DNA of 63,285 nucleotides, counting the filler, from Pseudovirgaria hyperparasitica (taxonomy: Eukaryota): the NCBI GenBank assembly GCA_010093815.1. It is 3 parts of 3 records of this genome, joined end to end, with 100 filler letters (N's around TTAATTAATTAA, not from the genome) between each part and the next. Parts side by side here need not be neighbours in the genome. Positions count along the whole stretch, not along the records: positions 44,602 to 63,285 come from ML996586.1; 2 more parts are not named here. One strand, 5' to 3'. The translations under genes and the position numbers were made by a program. Below the pieces are notes generated by a model that did not search any database, was not told where the DNA came from, and was given only the letters and a program-made list of their open reading frames with translations. Shown in pieces: positions 51,501 through 63,285 of this stretch (its first letter is position 1; the number at the start of each line of letters is the position of its first letter).

Positions 51501-52075
51501 AGAATAAGTACTCTAAGATTCATATAATATATACATATATAACCCCTAACCTAGATAGTCTCTCTCTACTCTCTAATATATCTAATCTCTAATATAGTTA
51601 CCCTATACTTAGTATTAGAGAGAGAGAAGAATAAAGTAATTAATAAACTACCGATAGTACTAAGCTCTATAAGCTACTAGTCTACTATAAATATAACGTT
51701 AAAGAATATAAGTCTATTAAGTATCTAAGAGGGTCGACGCTTATATATAATAACTATTAGAATATCGGCTATAAAGCTAATATTTACTCTAAACCCAAGA
51801 CGCTTATAGGTATGTTTTATTATAATTATAAGACTATCGGTTATACTTAGCGTTATTATTCTAGCCGTACTAAATTACTAGTACGTATAAATGGTAATAA
51901 TCTAGTTAATACTACTAGAGCTAATACTACTAGAGCTAATACTACTAGAACTAATACTACTAGAGCTAATACTACTAATAAAGTAATTACTAGCGGCTAG
52001 AACGATAGAGACTACGAGGATACTAACCGAGATAGCGGTATTATAATATATAAAGACATAGAAGTTAATTAGTAA
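48600..52075 (+). pseudogene. RIP-inactivated Upf1/Dna2(Nam7)-like SF1 helicase with three C-terminal CCHC zinc knuckles
   Basis: Walker A GxGGAGKS (49893-49916), motif Ia GPTNET (~50085-50105), Walker B VVIEE (50660-50677), motif III IGDxxQL (50756-50776), motif VI NVxxITRAK (51398-51424). Three CxxCxxxGHxxxxC knuckles (51683-51863). 15-bp coding repeat 51907-51980. Start not resolved. Confidence 0.8.
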
Positions 52076-52187
52076 TAGTATATGATTAGACTTACGTGTT
52101 AGGGCTACTTAGTTATAGCTTCTTAGTAAGTATACCTCTATATCTATTTTAGATATAGTTATAACATTCTACTAGATAGATAGTTTA

Positions 52188-52813
52188 TGTTAGGCACGTG
52201 AGGAGCACGTGGCCTACTAGTTAATTCTACATGTGTGTAGTAGTTGTATATAAGTAGTATACTCTACCCTTAAAGTAGTAGCTTTAAGATTCGGTCCTTT
52301 TAGTATAGTTAGTTAGTGCGTAGAGCCCGCCTCCTTATATAATCTTAAAGCTACTATAGGGTTACGGGTTTAACTCTTAGTCTAGTTAACCGTTATTAAA
52401 TTTCGCACGATTCCGTTTAGCTTACTACGTCACGTGTACTTTATATACGTAATAGATAACATGGTAGTAACGTTACTACGGTGAGTTAGCGTGTCTAGTA
52501 CTAGAGGCGGCATTACGAATATCGATTATATGCATATGGTTTATGCTAGGCCTAGTGTGGCTAGCGCGTATACTAGGCCCGTTACGGCTAGTTTAGTTTA
52601 TCTTTCGTAAGGTAGCATGCCTATAACGCGTAAGGACACGCGCCTTTAAGAAGGGAGATAATATTAGGTACGTAAGGAGCACGTGGCCTACTAGTTAATT
52701 CTATATATGTGTAGTAGTCGTATATAAGTAGTGTGCTCTACCCTTGAAGCAGTAGCTTCAAGATTCGGTCCTTTTAGTATAGTTGGTTGGTGCGTAGAGC
52801 CCGCCTCCTTATA
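52188..52813 (+). mobile_element. TRIM-like non-autonomous LTR element (626 bp)
   Basis: 152-bp direct LTRs (52188-52339, 52662-52813), TSD GTTTA, 322-nt non-coding interior, PPT AAGAAGGGAGA, PBS complementary to its own LTR. Confidence 0.93.
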
Positions 52814-54012
52814 GTTTAGCTCTATTAAAGACCTATTAAGGGTATTTCTATTACGTCTACTCTAGTATAGACGCGCTATTAGATAATACGGCGCCACTAG
52901 ATATATTAACTAGTACCTACTAATTAAGAAATAAATATAATTCTATATCTACCGCGAGCCCCGGCCTAATAATATAGGCTTTCTTTAGTTATTCCCTTTA
53001 TACTTTTAAAACTACTTCTAGTCTTTATATTAGAAGATATTACTATCTAAAGAGAAAATATAAAAAAATATACGCCCTAATCAAAGCCTCTACCTTTAGA
53101 CTTTAACTATAATATATATAGAATATAGTAAACCTAAATATCGTATACTTTAAAAGTATAGAAGGATACGATACTTAAATATAATAAAATATAGGCTTAT
53201 AATACTTAGAGAGTATCTAGGGATAAGTATATAAATATAAAATAGAATAAGACTAACGCGGTACCTTATATATATATAGCTATATACCGTCCTAGACGTA
53301 GTCGCCTACGATATAATATTATAAGATAAGAATTATAGCTATCTAATTCTATTAAGGGTATTAGATAATATAAAGTAAATAACTACACGTCTAACTATAC
53401 TACGCTAAGTTATATACGTGTTATAAACGCGTATTTAAGGAATAATAAGAATATAAACGAGTTTCACCTAGTAGATACCTTATTATTCCGGCTTCTACCT
53501 CTATTATCCAATCTATATCTTCGTCTTCCTTACGCCTATAATATACTATATATATACTATATAATTAGTCCGTAAACTATAAATACTATATTAACTATAT
53601 ATATTAACTATATACGATTAATATATTAAATCTAATTCTATAATAAAGTAACCGTCCGAATATAGTAATTACTATAGTACTACTTTATATCTTAAGCCTA
53701 GATATATAAGTAAAGCGTAAAGCTATAGAGGCGCGTATAAGGTAGCTATATATAGAAGTATATATAGCTACTCTACTTATAGACTATAGGTATTAAACTA
53801 AGAATAAGCTTAGTATAAAAAGAGTATATAAGATTATTAATAAGGTAGTAGACAAATTCCTAGTAGTATAAAAAAGAGTAGTAGAGTATATAGAGATAAA
53901 GGCGCTATACTATATCTATAACTAGGTACGTACTATAGTATAGAAAACTATATATTATAGAAAAACTATCTCTAAGTATAAGAAGAGGCGTGTAATTATA
54001 GCCTTATATCCT

Positions 54013-54130
54013 ATAACCTTATAATCCCCGTCTATTATAACCTTATAATCTCTATCTATCGCGATCTTATAACCTCTATCTATTATAACCTTATAGCTCT
54101 TATATACTACGACCTTATAGTCTATACTTA
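54013..54130. repeat. 24-bp tandem repeat, about 5 copies
   Basis: ATAACCTTATAATCYCYRTCTATT units; reads as IDxDYKVI repeats on the minus strand. Confidence 0.8.
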
Positions 54131-55274
54131 TAGCGGTTCTATAGCCTACTAACATATATACTATAAGAAAAATTAAATTTATAATTAGGTTTAACGATAA
54201 TATATTTCTTAAAATACTAGTATCTATATCTAACTAGTAGAAAGATTATAGTAACGCTTCGTGTATTAATTTAGTAGTATTTATATAGTAAATTAGGGTC
54301 TAATATATAATAAAGACTAGAAGGGCACTTAACTAGAGCCGTACTACTATATATTCTATTATACTACTAGTTAAGTATACGATAAGTAAAACGGAACTAG
54401 AGATAGATATTAGATAGCTTCTATAGTTAGTAATTAAACGTGTCCTAGAATATAGTAATAGTATAATACTCCTTAGCCTTAGATAGGATATAGATAGTAT
54501 ACCCAAAGTAAAATAAAATATAAACTAGCAACTAATATATAATAGTATAGACGGCTATATATAGATTATACTTAAATAAATCCGCCCCTCTATCCCTAAT
54601 ACTATACTTACTATAACTAGTATAATAGTAGTAATAGAAAGCTACTATCTATAACGGTAGAGATACCTATAGAGATAGTATTATAGGTAGTAGATAGTAT
54701 TACCTAAACAACTCGACCCTTCCTCTAGCGATACTATATATACTACTATTAGTACCTAGAAAGCCGCGAGACCAATCTATAAGCTCTAAAGATAGTAACT
54801 TTAAAAGCCTTAGAAGTACCTTAGTTATAGATAATATAGATCTTAATTATAAAGAGTAATAGAATAATAAAAAGGGTACTAGGGGTAGTAAGAGTAGCGC
54901 GCGTATTTAGCTAAGGTAATATGATACCGATATAAGATAGGTTCTATCTATAGTATATTAGTATATACCCGATTCTACTAGCTATATAACCGTAGCGCGT
55001 ATATTTAATTAAGACATTAATATACTAGTATAAGCCGGCGTCTATGTTAGGACTTAGCCTTAGGCAGGACCCGACCTACACGTACCTTAGCTAACAGGGT
55101 TAGGAGGTGACGTGAAGGGCGGTAAACAGTCACGTGCTAGATAGATCGGCGTCCCTTTGTATATATACTCTCGGATTCCTACCGAAAGGGTTCGGTAGTA
55201 ATTCGTTCTATAATAGAATACACCCCATTATTCCATCTAGCTATACTACTATCTAACTACCCTATTCTTACATT

Positions 55275-55283
55275 CGAATTACT
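55275..55283 (+). promoter_or_regulatory. Self-priming primer binding site of gypsy A
   Basis: CGAATTACT is complementary to AGTAATTCG (55197-55205) in the LTR, about 30 nt downstream of a TATA-like box (~55160). Confidence 0.65.
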
Positions 55284-58200
55284 CCCCATATAGTACTATA
55301 GTCAAGATGGTCTAACTAGAACCAAGAAGGTCGACACGATCCACTATAGGGACAAGTAACACTACATTAAACAATAGGGATCCTCTATAATTAGTATTAA
55401 ATCCGGCCGTTCTTAATAGAGAAGTGGAGATGTCCGACCGAATCACGGAACTTTCTAATAAGGAAATGGTAGATATACTAAGCGACTTCCTACGATAGGA
55501 AGCTAGACAACGAGTCGTGGTAGAGCTATACAAGGAATCGCAACCATCAATCGCCGAACTATAGGAGTATATCGCTAATCAAGCCCGAGAGATATAGATC
55601 CTTAAAGAATAGACTAAACGTGCGAAACTCCTCGCAAAACAACGAGAACTTGACGAGTCTCTTAAAAGACTATACGGAACGATAGTAGGTGGACGACTTC
55701 CTACACCAATTCAGGCGGAATTAGTTCACCTACCATTAGAGTTACGATAATCCACTGTACACCCAGCCGCTTCGTTGCCGATTTACCCTACTCCCTCCTT
55801 AGGTATACCGAAACCTAAAGATCCGACCATATTTATAGGGAAGAACCAAAAGGAGTAGAAAGATTGGAAGAGAGACTGCGAGAAGTACTTCCTCGATAAC
55901 CCTATACTCTTTTCTACCAAAGTATAACGCATTTCATTCGGAGAACGTTACTTAGGTTTACAATCCCGCGATCAATAGGATAGATAGAAAGAAGCCAAGC
56001 CACTATCGGCGATAACCTGGGAGCATTTAGCTATATTTATACTAAATACCCTCGGAACTAACGGAGAACGCGAAAGAAAGGCACTATCTAAGTTAAGAAG
56101 CGTGGCATAACGACCGAGCTAGACACCTACTTAACTACTACAATACCTATAAAACCTCTAGGATAATATCCCTACACTATAGGAAAATATTCGCATATTC
56201 TAGTTTCGCGAAGCACTACTCCCGTTAATCCACGAAAGATTAGAAATAGCATTATTAAGTTTTAACCATCTACACGAATTAGAGGAGAAAGCTAATAAAC
56301 ACTACCGTATCCTTAAGGAACGCGGCTCTCTAGGTAAAACCGACGAACCCTACACGGGTTAGAAACGAGGTCGATCGAATACGTTCGATTAAGAGTAACC
56401 TTACCGCGATTAATACTAGAAGAGCGTAAATTAGGGTAGAAACGCGTTAAGAGGACACCGAAACAATCGAGGCGGTGGTTCCTAACACGGAAAAGGATAA
56501 GGTATAGGCTTAAATGTAACGCCTATCGTAAAACAGTAGGATTATAGCGCACTTTATTACTATAAGTATGGAGAAAAGAGATATATTTCACCTAACTATA
56601 AGAATCCGAAAAAAGAATAGGCTAGTACGCGAGACCTAACCGCGTTCTTAGCTAAATTATATATACTTAGGAGGAGCCGCAGCGCCTTCCGGCGAGTAAA
56701 GACCTAATATTACTAAAAGTATTATTACCCATAGTAAATAGTAATAAAACTATATAGGCCCTCGTGGATACTAGTATAGAAGATAACTATATTTCGTCGA
56801 TTCTCGCTAAGGAGTATAGATTATCGTACGATCTCGGTAAAGTTAGCCGAACCATCGTAGTTAATGGACATGAAGTTAGAACTTTAGGTAAAACTATAAC
56901 GAATTACGAAGTTCATGACTTAAAGATAATAAAATAGTAGATGTCTAATGAATTTATCGTGGCTAATATTAGCTAATAGAATATGATTCTAGGGATACCT
57001 TAGCTTAAACGCCTAAACCCAATCCTTGATTTTTAGAAGGAGACATTGATGTTCCGTCGACATCGCGGTAAATTATACTAGTAAGTCGCAACCATTAGTA
57101 AGGAGGCATGGAACCTCGCTATGCGGACCCGATCATCGCTAATCTACCTTATATCCCTATCGATCGTCGATAAAGACGAAGAGAATAGTAATAATCGGGG
57201 TAAAGACACGCTACCCGACGTATATTCGTAGTATACGGATATGTTTTCGGTAGGAGACGCGTTACTCCTCCCTAACTATAGGCCGTATAAGCTAAAGATC
57301 GAGCTCGAAGAGGGAGTAGACGTCCCTTATAGTCTACTTTACCTACTTTTAAGACTAGAACTTAAAGTTCTTTATAAATATATTAAAGAATATCTCGGAA
57401 GAGGCTAGATACGTCGTAGTACGTTATTAGCCGGCGTATCTATTCTCTTCGTGAAGAAGAAAGACGGAAGTTTACGTCTATGCGTTAACTATTAAGCACT
57501 AAATGCGGTGACTAAGAAGAATCGTCACCTATTACCGTTAGTTAGTGAATCTTTAGACTAATTAACGAAGGCAAAGTACTTTACGAAGCTAGATTTACGA
57601 GATATATATTACCGGCTTCGAATCCGTCGTGGAGATAAGTGGAAAACCGCATTTCGGACTAGATATGGTCATTTTAAGTATACTATTGTGCCGTTTAGGC
57701 TAATAAATGCGCTAGGAGCGTTCTAAGGATATATTAATACTATACTTATAGGATTACTTAATGTGATCTACGTAGTTTACCTCGATGACATACTAATTTA
57801 CTCTAATAGCATGTAGAATCACGAAGAACACGTGAAATCGGTGCTAAATCGTTTAAGATAGTATAAACTCTACGCAAAGTTATCTAAATGTAAGTTTCAC
57901 TAATAAGAAGTTGGGTTTCTCGGCTTTATTATGACACACGGCGGCCTTAAAATGGAGCCAGAGCGTGTTAAGACCATTATGGAATGGCTAGAACCTACTA
58001 CTATACGTTAAATCAGGACGTTCATAGGTTTCGTGAACTATTATCGTAAATTCATTATAGGTTTCTTACGAATTGCGGCGCCGCTTAATAAACTCATAGA
58101 GAATGGCGGTAAAATCCCTATAGGTGGGCGAGCATAGCGCAAAGCTAAGTCGGTCGAGATATAGTTAACGCCGGAAGCGCGAGATACGTTCCGATCGTTA

Positions 58201-60725
58201 AAGAATTGCTTTATAACTACGCCGATTCTTAGGTATTTCGATCCCGAGAAGCATATTTAGGTCGAAATAGACGCATCTAGATTCGTAATTACTAGAATCA
58301 TTAGTTAACCGTATAAAGATGCGAAAGACAAGGTATAATGGCACCCGGTCGCCTTCTTTTCCCGTAAAATGGCGGATATAGAGACGCGTTATAACACGCA
58401 CGACTAGGAACTACTCGTAATTATCGAGAGTTTTAAGTAATGGCGATATTATTTAGAAGGCTCCGTATATTAGATTGAATTATTATCGGATTACGTAAAT
58501 CTACGTTACTTTATATCGACTAAGGTCCTTAATCGCTAATAAGTACGTTAGGCTAAGTAGATGTTAATATTTAACTTTAAAATCTTATATAAAGCTAGAA
58601 GAGAGAATAAAGTAGATCCTCTATCACGGCGTGAAGATTACGAGAAATCGTCGTAGAATAACGTAGATAGTCGGTGTAATTTAGACTATGCTATACTATA
58701 GATACTAAAAGACTAGTTATCTAATAGAGTGCCGGAAGCCAGGATACTTTCGGCGACTCTCCGCGGGAATTAGAGCGGGTATTAAGTAATCTAAACTAAC
58801 GTCTAAGAAACAGAGCAAATCCTCGAAGACTTAATTAAATCTACCTAGAATTCTAATACATTAGTAAAGAAAGTCATAAGCATGAAGGGAATGGCTATAG
58901 AACCGCCGTGGTTATTAAGGTAGGAACGACGATCGGACGCGATCTACTTCTAAGGCCGACTCTACGTGCCGGAGGGCGGCTTACGAATCGATGTTTTAAG
59001 GGAATAGCACGATTACGTATTAGTAGGATACTTCGGCGTTATAAGGACGGTCGATTTAATCCGAAGAACGTACGACTAGCTAGGTCTTTATAAGTATATA
59101 AAGGACTACGTAAAAACGTGTAATGTTTACCAGCATACGAAAGTGTATAGACACTTACCATATAGCGAATTAAGGCTATTGCCTGTGCTAAATAAGGCAT
59201 GGAAAGAATTGTTAATGGATTTTATCATAGATCTACCCCTAAGTAAGTGTCTTAGGCATGTTTATAATAGTTTACTCGTAGTTCTAGATAGATTTATAAA
59301 GATATTATACTACATCCCTATAAGGAAGATAATCCAAGCACCGGATCTTATAGATATACTACTTCGTGACGTAGTTCGGCTCCACGGTATACCGAACGGT
59401 ATAGTTTCGGATAGAGGTCCGTAGATAACGTCCAAGTTTTAGAAGGATTTCTACTATACGCTGGGAATTAAGCGGAAACTTAGCACCGCGTTCCACCTAT
59501 AAACAGATAGGTAGATAGAGCGGTAGAATTAGATAGTTAAGGCGTATTTACGCGTATATTACAACTATAAGTAAGATAACTAGGTAAGGTTAGTCTATGT
59601 CGCGGAATTCGCGTATAATAATAGCCGACATGCGTTAACCCACGTAAGTCCGTTCGAAGTAAACTTCGGTCGAAACCATAAAGTGTAGTTTATAGGAACT
59701 TAGTACAAATTAGAGTAGCCTAACGTTAAGGCGACGGAGATTACGATAGAACTATTCTAAACGTAAAGAAGCGTTATAAAGTTATTATAAGATACTATAG
59801 ATTATAGTAAATCGCACTATAATAAGGGTAGAAAGCCCATGATCTTTAATGTTAGAGATAAAGTTTTACTAAATAGTAAGAATATTCGTAGTATCAGGCC
59901 GAAGAAGAAGCTTAACTATACGATAATAGGTCCATTTAAGGTTACTCGTGTAATTAATGACCAGGCGTATAAGTTAAAACTCCCTCCCACGTTAAAGATA
60001 TACAATATATTCCATATCACGCTTCTCGAGCCATTCCATGCCTTATCGTTACCGGATCGTTCCGAACAGACGTTATATAAAGTAGTTACGTAAGGAGGTG
60101 CGGATATCTATAAAGTTAAGTAGATACTAGGCTAATAACGTGCCGAAGATGGTACGTGGCTATATAAAATTCATTAGAAAGGGTATAATCCTAACGAAGA
60201 TACTTGGGAACCCGTAATATACATTAGTAAAGCAGCGATATTAGCGTATAAGTAGCGATTAGTAAAGGAAGCCGCGGAATCGTAGAGAATTATACTAAAG
60301 TACGGCGATTCGACGTTTTTTAGTATAGTTCGGCGCCGAGGACGGCCGCCTAAAAGGAAGAAGGTGAAAGAGACATAGATCTTTAAAACATTCCAAGGAA
60401 TTAAGGAACTTCCTTAGAAAGTTCGAACTCAGAACTTCAAAAAAAATTAACTAAAAAAGAGACTTAGAAAAATGATTCACTAAGAGAAATAGACATCGAA
60501 AATCGGTATAGATCGGTATAGATTACTAAAGAGATTAAAGAAGTTATTATTAAAGAAAGATGAAATTAAGAAAGCTAAAAGAAAATATAAAGATCTATAT
60601 AGACCTATGTAAACTCGTACTAATCTATCTAGAAGAAGTAAGATCGCTTTAAAATTAAAACCGAAAAAACCAAAACGCCAGATAAAAGAGACATATTAGC
60701 ACCGATTGGTGTAGATCTAAACCGA

Positions 60726-61707
60726 TCAAGTCGGAGTAGGAGTAGAAGTACTAATTACCGCGATGGTTACATCCAATTCCTTCTGCTGGTTCTTATTTAG
60801 CATAGTATAGAGCTTTATGACATAAGTCTCTAGCCTTTCATTCCAACGCTATAAATTCTATATAGCGCGCCTTATAGCTATGAACTCCTCTATAGAAACC
60901 TACGGAGCGGCGGAACCCGGGACGGAGAGGGACGGACCGGCGCGGGCATGCTAAGAATTATATAAATCAGCGAAAAGATTCAACGATCGGTATAGAACTA
61001 TATACCGTTAGTGTAGAAACTTCTAGATTAGAGCCATCTTCCCTAAATTTACGGCTCTTTAGCACGCGCGAGGAAGGAACCTTAGCCTTTTTACTAGAAC
61101 CTTTTCTAGGAATTTTAATATCGCTGGTATATAGAAAGAAGTCCGAAGTAGTAGAGATTTTAGCACTATTATAGAGATTAATATATATTAGTAAGAATCT
61201 ATAACGATTTAAGAAAAACGATATTACCTAGTAATCGCGGTAATAATAGCTATAGTAGATTCCGATAAACCCTTGCGGATCTTATTAGAATCATACTCCT
61301 AGGCGTAACCCTTGCCTTAGGTATATAGCTCGTAGAAAGCCTTCTCTAAGGCGTTGCGATCGGTAGTACCACGCTCCTTATCGGTAGGGGTTACTAGAGG
61401 CCTAGTAGTAATCTATACCGATATAAGTAAATCTACGTAAAGTTCTTCGAACTTACTTAAATACCTATAAGTAATAATGCTTCTTAGTTATGTAAGTACC
61501 GTATATTATAGATTTAGTACTACCGTGAGCAATGTACGACGGAAAGCGATAACCATAATAATATATGGCTAGATTATTAGAGCCCGGCCTAGGTCGGGGT
61601 AGATCGATGGCTTTCGACATGTCGGTGACGTATACGAGATAGGGATTATTCGAAGGCGCCTGTTTCCGCGCTAATTGCTTTAGAGCGTCGAGATTTCGGG
61701 AAACTAT
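60726..61707 (-). pseudogene. Gypsy-A antisense four-exon accessory gene (~270 aa; Zn2Cys6-like motif, C-terminal coiled-coil)
   Basis: Exons 61707-61465, 61412-61228, 61165-61006 and 60950-60726. GT-AG introns of 52, 62 and 55 nt in phases 0/2/0. Internal stops are only RIP-type TAA/TAG; terminal TGA. Confidence 0.82.
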
Positions 61708-63096
61708 ATTATAATTATTATTAATTTATGCGGATTATTGCGAATTATGTTGTTACTGGCTAAGGACGGCATGAAAATTAGTAAATTGCGCTAAATCGCA
61801 CTAAATAGTAGTAAATCTATATAAATCTATGTCTATAAGGATCGGGTAATATACCTAATAATCTAAAAAACTCTGTAAAGAGTTAAGAAGTTTTTTAAAG
61901 AAAGGAATATTTCTAAGAAAAGATTTTAATATAGGTAGTACCCGGGCTTACCTAATCACATCATGTGATACGCTAGGCCTAATTAGGCAATCTCACCTAT
62001 GTAAGAAGTTAAGATAGATAAAATCTAGTTTATTAGGAAAACGCTTATGTAAATCTTAGATTAGTGAATATCGGTAAGTATCTAAGACGAAGCGTAGAGA
62101 ACGACTAAGGTCTTACGAGACTTAGGATAGAGATATAGAGATAGGTAATAATCTAGGTCGCTGAGGGTAGCTTCCTAGAGGGGAGGGATAATTATTAGGA
62201 CTTAGCCTTAGGTAGGACCCGACCTACATATACCTTAGCTAATAGGGTTAGGAGGTGACGTGAAGGGCGGTAAACAGTCACGTGCTAGATAGATCGGCGT
62301 CCCTTTATATATATACTCTCGGATTCCTACCGAAAGGGTTCGGTAGTAATTCGTTCTGTGATAGAATACACCCCATTGTTCCATCTAGCTACACTACTAT
62401 CTAACTACCCTATTCTTATAGTCTACCTATTTCATATTAGTATACACCCGGTTCTACTAGCTATATTATTACTATGATTATATTCGTATAAGATCTATAC
62501 TAATAATCGAATATTTACTTATATACTTTACTTCCTCCGTACTTTATGAAATTATATTATAATTAGTAGACGCGGTAACTTAATCTCTACCGCCTAAATA
62601 TAGTTTTTAACTCTTATCGCCACTAACTCCGTCTTATTACCTATGACCTAAGTTATATATAGAAATATATAAGTATAGCGAGAGTTACGACCGTTCTAGC
62701 TTAACTACTAGCTATAGAATAGCTAACTATAATATACACGTATGACGTACGGAGGCCTTAAGTATTAGCGCCTTTCTACTATATATCTAGTATCTCTAAG
62801 ACCTATACTAACTATCTAAAATAAGTTATAGTATATATAGAGATACTATTATTAAGATAGTATACGGAAAAGTATTATAAGAGCTTAAAAATAGTAGTAT
62901 AGATACTACTATACTTATTAGAATAGTTAAGAAAACTATGACTAAAGAATTTAATTAGTATATCGCGGCTATAGATAGTAAGTTAGTATTAATAGTTATA
63001 GCTATAGATATAATAGAGGCTAAACTAGATATATATATACTAGCTATAGATACCTAGTTATAGTCGCTATTAGAATATAAAGAGAAAGAGAATATA

Positions 63097-63285
63097 ATAA
63101 TAATAATAATAATATTATATAACTAGGTAGAGTAGTACTCTATAGGCCTATGCCTTCTCTAGTCTAAGCTACTATATAAGAAGAAACCCCATAGGGAAAA
63201 ACTTCCTTATATCTATAACTATATCTCGTTAAACCTCTATTTCGTCTTAAGTATATAGCTATAGGGTACGCCTATTAGTCTATAG
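63097..63285 (-). mobile_element. LINE-6: 3' end and tail of a Tad1-like LINE running out of the window
   Basis: Matches 13235-13425. Confidence 0.92.

Larger units (their letters stand above)
55045..62420 (+). mobile_element. Full-length Ty3/gypsy chromovirus family A
   Basis: 228-bp LTRs at 55045-55272 and 62193-62420, TSD GTCTA, PPT GAGGGGAGGGA. Gag from ~55307 with CYKCGEKGHISPNC (~56558), ALVDTG (~56758), YLDD (57778), ETDAS (~58264), integrase (ORF 59143-59424), chromodomain 60108-60215, pol stop 60378. Confidence 0.97.

Noticed and set aside
1071..60093. Short ORFs in the supplied track as functional genes
   Set aside because: They are stop-free remnants of copia, LINE, gypsy or helicase frames, or chance antisense frames rich in RIP-derived Tyr/Ile/Leu.

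Overview
AT-rich, heavily RIP-mutated (CpA/TpG to TpA) repeat DNA from a filamentous ascomycete. It is three contigs joined by artificial 100-nt N/TTAATTAATTAA linkers (23367-23466, 44502-44601), and I found no intact gene. Contig 1 is a nested stack: a Ty1/copia relic, several Tad1-like LINEs inserted into it and into each other with clear TSDs, a solo LTR and a truncated Ty3/gypsy (family A). Contig 2 is a chromosome end: (CCCTAA)n, then a 518-nt segment carrying a type I hammerhead ribozyme fold and ending in TAACCCTAA, then gypsy families C and B and a LINE. Contig 3 has a LINE, a RIP-killed Upf1/Dna2-like SF1 helicase gene with three zinc knuckles, a 626-bp TRIM-like element and a full-length gypsy A. 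Two main discoveries. (1) All three distinct chromodomain gypsy families carry an antisense, multi-intron accessory gene between pol and the 3' LTR, and once RIP is reversed each gene encodes a Zn2Cys6-like six-cysteine motif. (2) The hammerhead-bearing telomeric segment looks like a telomere-targeting Penelope-like retroelement fragment that healed a broken chromosome end. All protein motifs were read by eye with RIP mentally reversed; no database searches were run.
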